Positions 1 through 12,926 are shown, counted from the first letter of the whole stretch. The stretch: DNA of 57,389 nucleotides, filler included, from Sphacelaria rigidula (GCA_964200075.2; 7 parts of 7 records of this genome joined end to end with filler, not necessarily neighbours in it), one strand, 5' to 3'. Program-made: numbers and translations. The notes: a model not told the origin generated them from the sequence alone.

Positions 1-59
1 CATTCCCAGATTCGGGACAAGGGACAGAAGGTATCATTGCCGTGACAATGGAGGAGCCA

Positions 60-315
60 AGTTGTCCATCGATACATTTTATTTGTTGCAATAGGCTCTG
101 AATCGTGGCCACCAATGTATATTGCTCGTCGCAATAGGATCTGCCACGCGGCCAGCAACACATATTGGTCACAATAGGATATCAATTGAGCCCACCAATG
201 TCTATTGAGGGTCACAATGTAATCTGAATCTCGGCCACCAATGTCTCCGCTGGTCACAATGTAATCTGAATCGCGGCCACTAATATCTATTGCTGACCAC
301 AAAAGTAGCTGAATG
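60..315. repeat. Degenerate ~42-bp tandem array (5 or more units) in a CAAT/ATTG/ATCGAT-rich tract extending to ~960
   Basis: CCACCAATGT..ATTG....CACAAT...ATCTGAATC units start near 109, 152, 192, 235 and 277. Confidence 0.6.
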
Positions 316-2130
316 GCGTCGATCATTAGCGCCATGTATGCACATATTTCGCTGTATGTTTCCACCTTATGGCACAGAAGCTATGGCCAGCTATCGCCTC
401 AGGTTGTTGCGTATTCATGTTCAAGGGTTATTGCCATTGATGCCATGATACCACTGCGGCGAGCAGTCTTTTTTCATTGTTGGCGTCACTGGCTATCGAT
501 AGGCGCTTCCGAGAACAATCGATTGTTGACGGCAATGCCCATATTGGTAGATACCAAATAATGCATTGTTGGCGGCAGTCTACCGATAGACGGCTAACCG
601 ATTCTATTGACGGCGGTAATAGGTATTGATATATGGCCCACCTAATTTACAAGGACGGCAATGACTATCGATGGACGGCTCATCAAACCTGTTGATAGCG
701 GCAATGGCTATCTCACCAAGTATTTCGATTACGGCAATGGTTATCGATGTATACAACCCAGAATGTATTGCGGTACACGATGGCGAGTGCTACACATATC
801 TTGTAATTGCCATATGCTATCGATCGGCTATTGCAACATCTATCGTCCCTTGCAATTCACATCAATATATGTGTTTCACCATCTATCGTGTACGATAAAA
901 TATGTCGATAGATTTTCCCCCGTGTCTAATGCTGAAGCAATTGACTATTATTGTGTCCATTGCCCAGAGTGTGAAACTCTGTGAAATTTCCATACCAGTA
1001 CCCGACGATCCTGTAATTTCTGTGAAATCTTTATACCCGTACCCGGTGGTTCTGCGAGTTTTGTACAAAAACTTCTCCAACCCGAGGGGCAGATTGTCTC
1101 TGGAGAAAAGTCGTTTTGGTCTTATAGGGAAATTTTTCATGAAAAAAGCCTCTGGAAATTGGCCACAATTTGCAGAGCGGGATTTTGCCAAATCTCCCTG
1201 CGAAAAGCCATTGATTCCCAGAGACTTCTCAGTCTGCGAATTGTCGTTCGTCATGAAAGGGATACACGGAGTGCTGCAGCAGCTATGCTGTTGGCACTGC
1301 ACTATACATACAACATGGACAACTACTTTTGCACTGACTGTTTTACGCTTGTGTACGAGGAATGTGTATGGTGAAGCCTCCAATAGCGTCACAACAAGTA
1401 CCGGAAGACTACAATACCAGTACCCGACGGTTATGTGAGTTGTGTCAGGAATCACACCCTACAGAATATACCCGTATCTAATAGGACACAACCATGGATT
1501 TCTCGGATCCCAGTCCGTTGGGTATAGTGTTTACAGTTCGCTGTGAGATTACCAGATCATTTCTCCGATCCTCTGGACGTTAGCTTTTGGTACGTCACTT
1601 TTCTGCTCGAATCGGAACATTCCGGCATCTCCCCTGATTCAACATCGAAATGTCGTGCAGGTACCCGAAACTTGGATCAGATTGAGATCGTCCTCAGTGG
1701 ACAGTAATTATTTAGAACATATGAGGACAGTTTGGAGACAGGGCCATCGCAACACAGAGTTCGGAACAGTATATACCTGGAGATTTACCCTATCCTCTTC
1801 TCTCGTGACTCGCCCATCCCTTGATTCATGTGTTCGTAACTCCCCACTCGTGGCGAAACCATCTTAGATTTTCGATTCGCGAATTCCCCGAGTTTCCTAC
1901 TACGTCTCTCACTCACTACCCCAACATTCAACAAGTGCACCAACCTTGAACTACCTCTGGAGGTTGGATGGCAGCAGTGTCGAGGGCAGAAGGGGCGCCA
2001 TATATTTCAAGGGTCACAGCAGCACAGGAGTGTCTCCACGTCCATGCACGTTCTCGACGGATTCCGCAGACAGCAGACATGAAACAGCCTGTAGACGGTC
2101 AGGCAGGCCGAAATATCTTTTGGCAAAAAT

Positions 2131-2151
2131 GGTGGTGTTGAGTAAACACCA
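2131..2151 (-). promoter_or_regulatory. Histone mRNA 3' stem-loop-like element (H3)
   Basis: The minus strand reads TGGTGTT-TACTC-AACACCA-CC, 86 nt after the H3 stop. It is identical to the 21-mer downstream of H4. Confidence 0.8.
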
Positions 2152-2237
2152 GGGGAATTGTTGAGGGAAGGGTCTCTAGGAACTGAAGTGCTCAAGACCC
2201 TCCAGCGTGATGGAAATGAGCGGTCACCGCGATGGGC

Positions 2238-3321
<1,084 letters not shown>

Positions 3322-3403
3322 GCTTTGCGGCTCAGCTCCGAACCTCGTCAGGTCTTGTGTGCCCTGGAGCGAAGGCATCACACCACCGTCTGACAACAAC
3401 TTT

Positions 3404-3426
3404 TGGTGTTTACTCAACACCACCCA
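3404..3426 (+). promoter_or_regulatory. Histone mRNA 3' stem-loop-like element (H4)
   Basis: T-GGTGTT-TACTC-AACACC-ACCCA, 82 nt after the H4 stop. It has a 6-7 bp stem and an ACCCA trailer as in the metazoan histone stem-loop. Confidence 0.8.
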
Positions 3427-4297
3427 CCACAAAAAAGAAATGCGCTTCACGCGTGCCGTCGAGGGATAAACACGATTATTTGTTGTGCGTGACCCCTGAG
3501 GAGACCGGTAAGCTCGTGATCCGGACCTTGAGGGTGCCCTGAGTTCAAAATCGAAGCGATGCCAAGTTACGTTACGGTGACGTGATTTCGGATCCGCCCT
3601 GAAGGCCAGAGATCAGGGATGTTCCAAGGTTCGAATATTCAGTCGGCATGTCACTCGGTCTGACGAGATCTTGTCGCTGACGAAACAGGGATAAGAGTCG
3701 TCTCTTGAGTAGAGGGAGCACCGGAAATCAAATTACAAAAATAAGAACGTTATCGGATGATGGGCGTCATGTTCGAAAACAAGAAACCGGTTACACCACT
3801 TTTTCAGCCGGTTTAAACCGGTTTACCGGAAAACCGGTTCAACCTGAAGGGCGAGGGAAAACTCCTCCAAATCACTGAAGTGCACGTGGATTAGGCTTTC
3901 TTGTGTTCCCCGTGTGGTGGGTGACGGATATGCTCGAACATACAAATTACCGGTGACGGCGAGGTTCAATCTCACACCTCCGCACTTCGCACCCATGCAG
4001 CACCTGTCGAACTTGGCAGCACAGTGGCTGGTCACTGGTGACAAAAATTTCAATACGTGATGGGAAATGGTGTTGGTGATTACTTGAACAACTGCCGTTC
4101 TAATCTGGCACCTAACCCTAGCCAACACAGAATGTCGAGAGTAAAAAAGAGAAACCACACTACGGAGTAGATGGTAAGAGGCACCTGAACCGTTCTTTTC
4201 TAATTTCCTCGTCTTTGACGGTTTTCTTGGGCTCTTTCGCTTGTCACCGCCTATCACGTTGGGGATCCGCAGATACTCGTTTCCGCCCAACGTTCAA

Positions 4298-4620
4298 TGT
4301 GTGTGTTGTCCCATTTATTCTGGGCGCCAGTCTACACCTTTCGGTATATGTGGGCGCATCAGCCGGGGTCACACAGGAGGAAGGTCAACACAGGAGCTTT
4401 TATTTATTTATTTTTAATACCCCACCATCCTTGTGCGGTGCTTGCCTTTATCTTTTATTTTTTATCGCGAAAGGGGTTTAGCAGTCCCTTTCCCTCGTCG
4501 ACCGTCAGGTCGAATCTCGTGTACCCACGACATAGGCGCTTTCCATTGTTGGGCATGGTGTGAGAAAAGATCCCAGATCGCTCCGGGAATCGAACCCCAC
4601 TACTCAACCGTCAGACTACG
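4298..4620 (-). mobile_element. tRNA-derived SINE, family A, apparently lacking the A-box part of the head
   Basis: The minus strand has a B box (GGGGTTCGATTCCCGG, ~4583-4598) and a (CA)n tail. The head matches 32696-32753 and the tail matches 57309-57389. Confidence 0.65.
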
Positions 4621-5462
4621 CGTTTTTTGAGCAAAAGGAGTAGGCGTGAACTTCTGTTTACTCTGACGATCTGCTATCGTTTCTTCACGGGGGATACGGA
4701 AATGATGTTGGTGTTTCTTCCTGACAGGTTGATGCGATGTCTCATCGCCCATCGCTCTTGTACGATTATTGCGTCATCGTTCACTCTGTAGGGTGGAATG
4801 GCGCAGGAAGAGGGCGTGGTTTGGCGTGGTTTGCAGCGTCTAGTGTCGGTTTTCCGTCGTCCGCTGTTTTGTTGTTTTTCGACACAGGAGCGGTACGCCT
4901 TTTTCATACGAAGTTGAGGAATGGCATGACCCCTGCTCCTCCCTCGTATTGTTGGGCATTAGGTTGCAGGGGCGGGCGGGTTGTCGTTTGCATACAGTAC
5001 TGGGCGCCTGAGCTGTTCAGGGTTGTTTTGGGGGTATTCTCGAGTACTACAATACTCTTCGGCAAGCTCTAAAGTGCTAGAGTCGGTAGATTTTGGTAAA
5101 ATGAGCGGATACTCCTAAAGAAAACAGGTGATCAAATTATTGTTTGTGTTATCGGGCGATACGAGCAGATACCCCGTTTATAAGGAGTGTATTATTGACC
5201 GTGAAACACAGTAGGTAGAACTTAAAAAAAATAAAACTGTACATTTTTCCACAGCGATCGGGACAGGCTCGATCGACCGAAAATTCCCATGTTCTGAAGA
5301 GTCAGAATCTGTGCTGAAAAATTGCAGTACCCTCGATGACCGGTCAGCCCGTAAGTCACTTGATGTTGAGTAAAGATGATTTTTGTTTTCAGGGCGTTCG
5401 GGGTGGCTTGATTTTTTATCCGAAGCGTCACCAAGTCTGAACACTTCGGATTGCAGCGGAAC

Positions 5463-6580
5463 CAGTGTTGAAAAACGGGTATCGAAAATCGATATGATTT
5501 CGATGAAAATAGTCGATACCGCGTATCGAGATCGCCGATTTCCAAGCCGATAGTTGTCGATACGTATCCATATCGATATAGGATATCGACACTGTGGGTA
5601 GTTTCGGCTTTGTCGCTGACAATACCGCAGAGTCTGCGGTGGACGTTTCTGCTGAAAAGTCTGTAGCTGTGTCTGGTACATCGGCTGCTGCTGCACCAGC
5701 GATCGTCCCAGTGACCTCATTCAAGAGTGAAGAGAACAGGGAATCAAAATTACCCGCGAAGGCAGCAAATCCTTCAGACTCTCTTACGATCCATCGCCCT
5801 TTCTGATGTTTCCTGTCGGCGGGAGTTTTTCGTGTGTTAGGGTAGACGGCCATTCCTATTTCCCATCATATCGATTTTTTTTCTGTTGGCTTTTGATGTA
5901 TCTTGCTTCGACGTTCAGGAGTCTGGAGTTTATACATTGTTGGGCATCCACCAATGAAAAAAAAGGAAGTATGCTGCCGACGTTTTCCCTCGTGTAGCTT
6001 GGATAAAAGAAGCGAGCGCGCATTTGAACTCATCGCACAGGTTCGAGGTTTTGCGCGTTCGTTATTTAATAATGAGGAGTGTGTTCGCAGTGCGCAGTGT
6101 ACAGATTCAAGGTGAAGGCTTTGATTCGATCGAAGCATTACAGAAAAGTGGCGGCGTAATGAACTTTGTACATCACCAGCTTGAACAACATTATGCATCA
6201 CACATCGCACCTGGCGTTGTGATGAACCACCTTTTCTGCTTCTTGTCTTGCACGATAGACGAAGATTCGTGTTGGACGGAAGCATCACGCCGCGTGTGAT
6301 GCCGCCACTTTTATAATGTTTAGTGTCAACTCACACACTTGTGCTGTACCTTCACACAATCAGGCGTGCACCCCACTCGAGGGTTAGGTTGCTAGTTTGC
6401 CAGAGTAGTACCGTGAAGTCTTGCAATCCCTACCAAAGTTGCTGTATCGTATCGAGCATCGATACTCGATACGTATCGCGTCATTTTCCGAGTATCGAAA
6501 AAATATCGGTATCGACGCTTTTTCGTCGATATTTTGAAATATCGTCTCGAACTTCATTTTTCGTTCGATTTTCAACAGGG
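5463..6580. mobile_element. Non-autonomous hAT-like DNA transposon (1118 bp)
   Basis: Imperfect TIRs: CAGTGTTGAAAAACG versus reverse complement CCCTGTTGAAAATCG. 8-bp TSD: AGCGGAAC (5455-5462) and AGCGGGAC (6581-6588). Subterminal GTATCGA/ATCGAT clusters at both ends. Confidence 0.75.
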
Positions 6581-7265
6581 AGCGGGACACTTCGCGGTGC
6601 TGCCCTCTGAGAATGAGGTCGCGCCCGCAACCGTGCAGGAATCATCAGGAACTACACCAGTGACACCCTAGGCCATGTATTGTAAAAGGTACCGTGGATT
6701 GCCGTGTGTTCATCTTCTTGGACGGTGTGTGCGTCGGCAGCGGATGAGAAGCTGTTGGGAGTCTAGTACGGTGGTGGTCGTCGGCAGCGGACATGGACAC
6801 TTCCGACGTGAATAGCAGGATCCATCTAGTATCTACCTACTTCCCTGCTTAGCTGCTACGAGTATACGCCACCGCACCGTCTGTATAGTATGTAGCTGTT
6901 GGCGTGGGTATATTTGCGCGTACGACTGACGGAAAGAGCGTATGCTGCAATCTTGGCACGGAGTTTTCTGCAGTAGGTATTTTTATTGGTGTGTGCTGCT
7001 GCTGCATTCAGGGAGGGCCGGTCGATCACGCCCCCCCGTTCCATAGAGAGGTTGCGAGAAAAGATGTTGACCGTCGTTGTGAACGCCATACACGGGAAGA
7101 CAATACCACTCTGTCCTTCATTTTGCCGGCGAAGGCAAGCTTTTGACAAGATCAGCACTGTGTCTGTAATGGTATATCCAACAGCAATAGAAGACCCCGA
7201 AAATAACGGGCCGTCTGGAGCTCTCCTGTATTTGAGGACTAATCTTGACCCTATACACCGCGAGC

Positions 7266-7882
7266 GTCGCCTCGGAACAGTTTCACAGGCTGACAGTCCG
7301 GAGACAATCGGGGGTTTCCAGTGGCCAGGGGGGGGGGGGGTTGTCTATCCGCAGAGCAGCCGAAAAGCTCACCATGTCAACCATGTGTGTTTACAAGTTT
7401 CCCGCGGAAGTTTCCAAGCCAGGGCCGACGCCCGAGAGGCACAGAATGACCATTCTGACCAATCACGGCCGTCTAAATGAGCACGGGGTTCCCCAAGAGG
7501 TGGACTACTTCGCTGTCCAATGGTACTTCTCATGTTGGTGATGGCAAGTCAAACACAAATTACATGGGTACGAATGACATGTTTCGTACTCTGCTCGAGG
7601 TCTGTGCCGCCTGTCTGACGCCGCCTCATGTGTTGCCAGCAGCTTCACACTGTAGAGTTGTTATTGGACACTCAACAGAGGTATTAGCAGCATGCAGTAA
7701 ATTGCGTTCAGTGAAGAGAATGGTACACTTAAACTGTCTCTTGCCGTCGTATCCAGCGAAGACATAAAACACGCATACAAATTGATTCTGCACGCAATTA
7801 ACTGCAGGGTCAAAACTGGTCAGGGACTATTTTCTACATAGATGCCAAATATCCACATGTTCATGAAAGAGGCGTTTTGTGT
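7266..7882. repeat. Interspersed repeat family E (unclassified)
   Basis: Colinear similarity with 56308-57311, from GTCGCCTCG.AACAGTTTCACAGGCTGACAGTCCGGAG to GATGCCAAA.ATCCACATGTTCATGAAA.AGGCGTTTTGTGT. Confidence 0.75.
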
Positions 7883-8114
7883 AGCGGAAAAAACGCCGTT
7901 CTAAACCCCAAATGAGGCATAGTCCAACTCAAGTTCACCGGCGGGCGGGTCGCTGTCTAAGGGTTGAAGAAACATATCTTCGATAATAAACAACGTTCTC
8001 GTGAGATTGAGAGTAGATCTTCGATTGAGAGTGGGTTTGATCTTTGGCTTTAAGTGAGTCATTTTTTTATTCCACGTGTGCTTTCTTCACCTCCATCACT
8101 TGCGTGTGCTTACA

Positions 8115-8214
8115 NNNNNNNNNNNNNNNNNNNNNNNNNNNNNNNNNNNNNNNNNNNNTTAATTAATTAANNNNNNNNNNNNNNNNNNNNNNNNNNNNNN
8201 NNNNNNNNNNNNNN
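8115..8214. other. Artificial contig linker
   Basis: N44-TTAATTAATTAA-N44, which gives stops in all six frames. Confidence 0.97.
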
Positions 8215-8934
8215 GCGCGGCCCGCTCCGCCCCCCCCGCCCCCACACCCACCACCCTCCCCCCCCCCCCCCCCCCCCCCCCCCTTTCCCTCCTCCCCCCC
8301 TCCCTGCCCCGGAGACACGAAGTTGTATCCTGTTTGCATTTTTTCCCTCCATTGCTCCCCTCTTAACTCGTGTCCTATTTTTTTTCGAATATTTTATTTC
8401 CATGTTGCACACGTACTTGTGTAATACAACTGCGCTGTTACAGGTTATATAGTTCTCTGATGACGAAAATCCATCACCAGGATTACTTTTTACTTACACA
8501 CTGGTCAATCTGTCGCAGGTGAAAAGGAACCGTTGAGGTGTATGATGCCACTATCAACAAGTCCAATGCGTCAATGCAGAAGACATTCAGCATCGCTGAC
8601 ATCCCCATGGTATATCTCAACGCCGATTCGTGGAGAAGCAGAGTCTCCGGGCTGAAGTACCTCGGTAAGTTTGCTGGGTGCTTGGCTCATCACAGGGTCG
8701 ATCTTTGCCGTCATATACACATTAATCCTCCTCGACTGGAAACCGTTTTGAAACTGGTCTTGTTTTCAGCCGCACTCTTGATCAGACTTCTGTGCTAGAT
8801 TCCCGTATCGCCTACTATGTAGATGTACCCTGTTGTGTCCTCCCCCCCCCCAGCCACCCCTTACTTTAAAATGAACATGTGACTGTTTTCGGTTACCAGC
8901 TGAAGTACACTCGCCAAACTTGAGTGCGGTAGAA

Positions 8935-9514
8935 ACGATCATAGCCAGCACAGGCTACCACGACGACCACATTGCCCCGGGTGGTCAGCCATACATTAGG
9001 GGGTAAACCTGGAATCTTCCACCAAGATGAGTAAGGATGGAGATGACAACACATTCTCCGAATGACACTGACACAACGACATACTGAGTAGGTCTGGTAT
9101 TCGACTATGGCATTGGTAGGACCGACACTGTTGCGCTCTCGGCGTGTATGGTGGATGTCGGAGCATTGATTATCAATTATTCATACTGTCAGGGTATCCC
9201 CACATCCCTACCCCTAATTGTCAGGGTATCCCCACGGAGACATATTGTGACAGGTATCGTTCAGCACTCCTGCCTCCACGTTCCCCGACATCCACCGTAC
9301 ACCCCGAGAGTGCAACAGTGTCGGTCCTACCAATCCCATAGTCGAACACCAGACCTACTCAGTATGTCGCTGTGTCAGTGTCATTGGAGAATGTGTTGTC
9401 ATCTCCATCCTTCGTCTTCATCTTGGAGAAGGATTCCAGGGGTACCTCCCTAATGTATGGCTGACCACCCGGGGCAATACGGTAGTCGTAGTAGTCTGTG
9501 TTGGCTATGATCGT
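8935..9514. repeat. Long inverted repeat (foldback): arms 8935-9161 and 9285-9514, ~123-nt spacer
   Basis: The left arm ACGATCATAGCC...TTGCCCCGGGTGGTCAGCCATACATTAGGG...GTGGATGTCGG is reverse-complementary to the right arm with scattered mismatches. The spacer contains TGTCAGGGTATCCCCAC twice. Confidence 0.9.
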
Positions 9515-9564
9515 GTCCGATGATCATTTTCGATGCTGCCCCAGATTTTGTTGGAGAAAAAAGG

Positions 9565-10035
9565 GGAGCGGGCGGGAGTCATTATCTTGTATGCCGTAGT
9601 CGTATAATCTTTGACCTCGCTCCCCTACAAAGCCGGGAAAAGCACGCCGGGTTTCCGCCGGCCCAGGCTCATATCCCCACAAAGCCGGGACGGAGAACGC
9701 CGGATTTTCGCCGGACCAGGCTCGCACTCAAATCACCAAACGCGAAGCGTCGTGGTGTGTTCGACGAGTCGCATGAAGGGTGAGCCGCATCCTGCCAAGA
9801 TTGTTCGGCCCGAGGCGTCCTGATTATCTTGCATTTGGATAACAGCTTCCAATGAGTTGCTTCATTTTCTGGTATCACCACTTCCTGAGACAGCCACGGC
9901 TTATGCACTGCCTCATGGGTGTCTGCTAATTTAGACACTACGTAGTACGATCATCCCCATTATGCGGAGTTGAGGTTCTCCCACGCCGCACAAAATGATC
10001 TAGCTCGACTTCGATCTTATTTGTCGCAAAAAAAA
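9565..10035 (+). repeat. Interspersed repeat family C (~470 bp), near full-length copy
   Basis: Other copies at ~24270-24432(-), 24641-24760(+), 27721-28008(+), 33781-33886(+), 37817-37985(+), 51760-51826(-) and 51915-52331(-). Shared core: CCCTACAAAGCCGGGA..GAGCACGCCGG...GCGAAGCG.CGTGGTGTGTTC.GCGAGTCGCATG.AGGGTGAGC. Confidence 0.85.
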
Positions 10036-10531
10036 CGCAAGTGCGCAAACAAAATCGGTAACCTGGTTGCCTAGCTTACGCAGTAAGTGGCGTGTTCAAC
10101 AGCGTCATCGCCAATCGACGCCAACCCCATCGGGGGTCCGCCCCTACGAAGCCAGGATGGAGCACGCCGAGTTCTCGCCGGACAGGCTGGGTAGGGGGGG
10201 GGGGGGGGGGAAAAAACCCCCCAAAACGGGGGCGGCCCCGGGAGGGCACAACCGGAGGGGGGGAGCTCCATATTTATTTANNNNNNNNNNCCCCTAAGAA
10301 GCGAGGATGGAGCACGCCGAGTTCGCGCGGGAGGGGGGGGGGGGGGGGGGGGGGGGGACAAAACTCACCCAAAGCGCGTGCTGCCTCGAGAGTCGCAACC
10401 TGAGAGGGCGTATCTCCAATTTATTATACTCGTACATCACGATACAATACCATTGATCCACATCGCGGTTTCGCACTCTTGCTTCGCCTCGAATACCTGC
10501 AGCTGTCAGCGATTTCTTCCTCGGCCAATAA

Positions 10532-12504
10532 ACGGACGTTAAGACCCATCTCCTCGCGCTGAAGCCGGTTCGGTCTCATCGATGTTTCGACAAGCACAGC
10601 AGTGACGTTGTCTTCAAGTGGATAGTTAAAGTCTTGGCGCAGCGTGGCATACGCCATGAGGACATCGCCGGCGCGGTGACAGATGCCGGGTCTGACGTCC
10701 GGAGTGGGGTGATGTCGGCGTGGTCTTGGGAGTGGTGCATCGCCCACCTCCTGAACCGCGCGACCATTGACGCCACGGGAATGTCGCCCGCGAGGGATCG
10801 CCCCAAGAATGTTCAGGGTCGCCAATTGTTCGAGCTATGAAGGGGATGGTGGAATACTTTAATATGTCCTCCTTCGACAAGGTTAGATATGATGAGTTTT
10901 GTGCAACAATCTGCGTGTCCCATATACCAGTGCCATCTCTTTGTGCGTATCATCCACGCTCGCGTATACCGTAAGCTGTTGTCTTGTTCAAGCGCCACTG
11001 AACGCCTACCTTTATCCGCCTATCATCAATGTTGTGTTCTCAGGTGGAGGAGGCATACGCCATTATCAATTAGGTGAATGGGGTAATCATGTACACACAA
11101 ACAACGTACACATCAACCGCGCAGAGTGGGCTGCAGCGCCTTGTTCTACTCACCGCCGCCGTTTTGGAGCCGAGCCGGCGACTCATGGTGAGGCATGTGC
11201 GGGAAGTCGGTCAGAACAAGGAGAACGTGGATCCGCCCGAATCCCGATCCGCCCGAGTCCCGATCCCCCGCTGCCTTGACAAGGGTCGCGAAAGTCACCC
11301 GCGAGGCGTTTGCACAGGGCGTGGCCGGGCGGTTTGTATCATCGTGTTACGGGAAAGGCCTCTTGTCTCACAGTCATGGGTATGATATGGCCATGTTCCT
11401 CACTCCGCTCGGACGTGGTTTCAAATCCCTAGAGGAGCTCAAGGCTTCGACGGTCGGGACGCTGAGAGGGTTCACGAAGTCAGCCGAGGACATGAAGGAG
11501 GTAATTATCGGCCAAGAGAAGGATCTTCTTACCAAAGCTATCGAGAAGGGCAGAGCTGGATCGAAGACTACTCCCGTCGTTGTAGAGGTCGAGATGCGGG
11601 CGGTAAAGCGGTCAAAAACCGCCACCAGCGCCGCTGTCGATCCGCGGCGAGCGGAGTTCGCCGCCGAGGGCATCATGGACTCCAGCTGCGATGAAGAGGG
11701 AGAAGCAGCGAGCGCCCCCGAGAACACTCCTGAGCAAGAAGCCGGCGACCTCGTCAAGGCGTGGAAAAACACCAAGGTGTGTGTGCGTTGCGGTGTATCG
11801 ATTTTTTCTGCGTAGCACGTTCATATTCTTTGACTAATCCCCACTGACGAAAAACACTCGACATCAAGCGTTAGGATTGTTCATGTCTGTTCGTGCTCCC
11901 CCGACATTTCAATGTATCGTCGTCCAAACGCGAACATCACCATTGCTCCGCCGCATACACTTTGTTGGCCATTCACAATTTTATGAAGAGACGCACGTAT
12001 CGAGTAGTTCAATTACATACCAAGAATCAGACTTCGATAATGGTGAGAATACAGTAGAAATGTAGGAGGCTAGAGTGGAGGTAGCTGGCGAGTCGTAACC
12101 CACTTCTCCGCGTTCAATATGATGCTTCTTTCCGTTGCTCCGGGTTACAGATCGAGTAGGAGGAGAGGAACCCGGACGGTGTCGAGTATTGGCGGGCTCA
12201 CGGCCAATAACACTCACCCTATCTTCGGTCCTTGGCGCACGCGGTGTTTGGTGCACCTTCCTCCGCAGGTGTAATGGAGCGTGACTTCTGCGTCGCGGAT
12301 ATGTTCCAGCCCCGCAAACGCGGTATCGTCGACCCCACCAATCTTGAAATGGCCTTGCATCTGCAAGGCCAGTTCGAAAACAAATCAATGGATATCCCAC
12401 AACTCACGGAGGAACAGGCGGGAAAGGCTGCTCCACGTCGGTTCACAGATAGGAAAATGCTCAAGGAAGTAGAGCTGTTAGACCTCCCTCGAGCCAGAAG
12501 GTGA
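10532..12504 (+). pseudogene. Degenerate hAT-superfamily transposase
   Basis: KTHLLALK..HSSDVVFKWIVKVLAQRGI..DIAGAVTDAGSDV (catalytic-D region), then WEWCIAHLLN (CxxH motif). The C-terminal dimerisation motif EYW......PYLRSLAHAVFGAPSSAGVMERDF....RKR....LEMAL lies at ~12185-12360. In-frame stops and frame changes are present. Confidence 0.8.
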
Positions 12505-12635
12505 CATAGATGACGAGGGGGTTTCTCGTGAGAGAAACAAGACGGGGCGGTACTGAACTAGGTTGTTGGAACTTGTCTGACCCCCACATGAAGTGTGCGG
12601 ATCCCCAATATCGTTTTGATTGAAAAACCAGGGTT

Positions 12636-12926
12636 GTCGCACCCTGGCGGTCCAACGGCCCAACTGTCACCCTTAGAGTGGAGAGAAGGAGGGTTCGAAT
12701 CCCGATGCGTTGGGCTTCTTCGAAATATCTGATTTCCATCGTCGATAGTATTAGTACGAGAGTGAACACGAAGCAATTGACTGAATTTGTTTGGCGCGGT
12801 GCGGGAGTGCTGACCCAATCCGCGAGATCAACGTGCACGGCGTGTACCGGGGAAAGATGGATTGATCCTTCGAGATCGCGGACTCGTCCTGAGGAAGGGG
12901 AGGGGTTCAAAGTGCGACACAAAAAG
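12636..12926 (+). mobile_element. tRNA-derived SINE, family B, apparently full length
   Basis: A-box-like TGGCGGTCCAACGG (~12645), B box GGTTCGAATCCC (~12692) and a 3' end GGGGTTCAAAGTGCGACAC-A5. Homologous minus-strand copies lie at 39661-39955 and 56184-56260. Confidence 0.7.

Noticed and set aside
8519-8664. Exon upstream of the foldback
   Set aside because: The splice signals look plausible, but no frame is open across the whole interval and the peptide is unrecognised, so it is not called as CDS.
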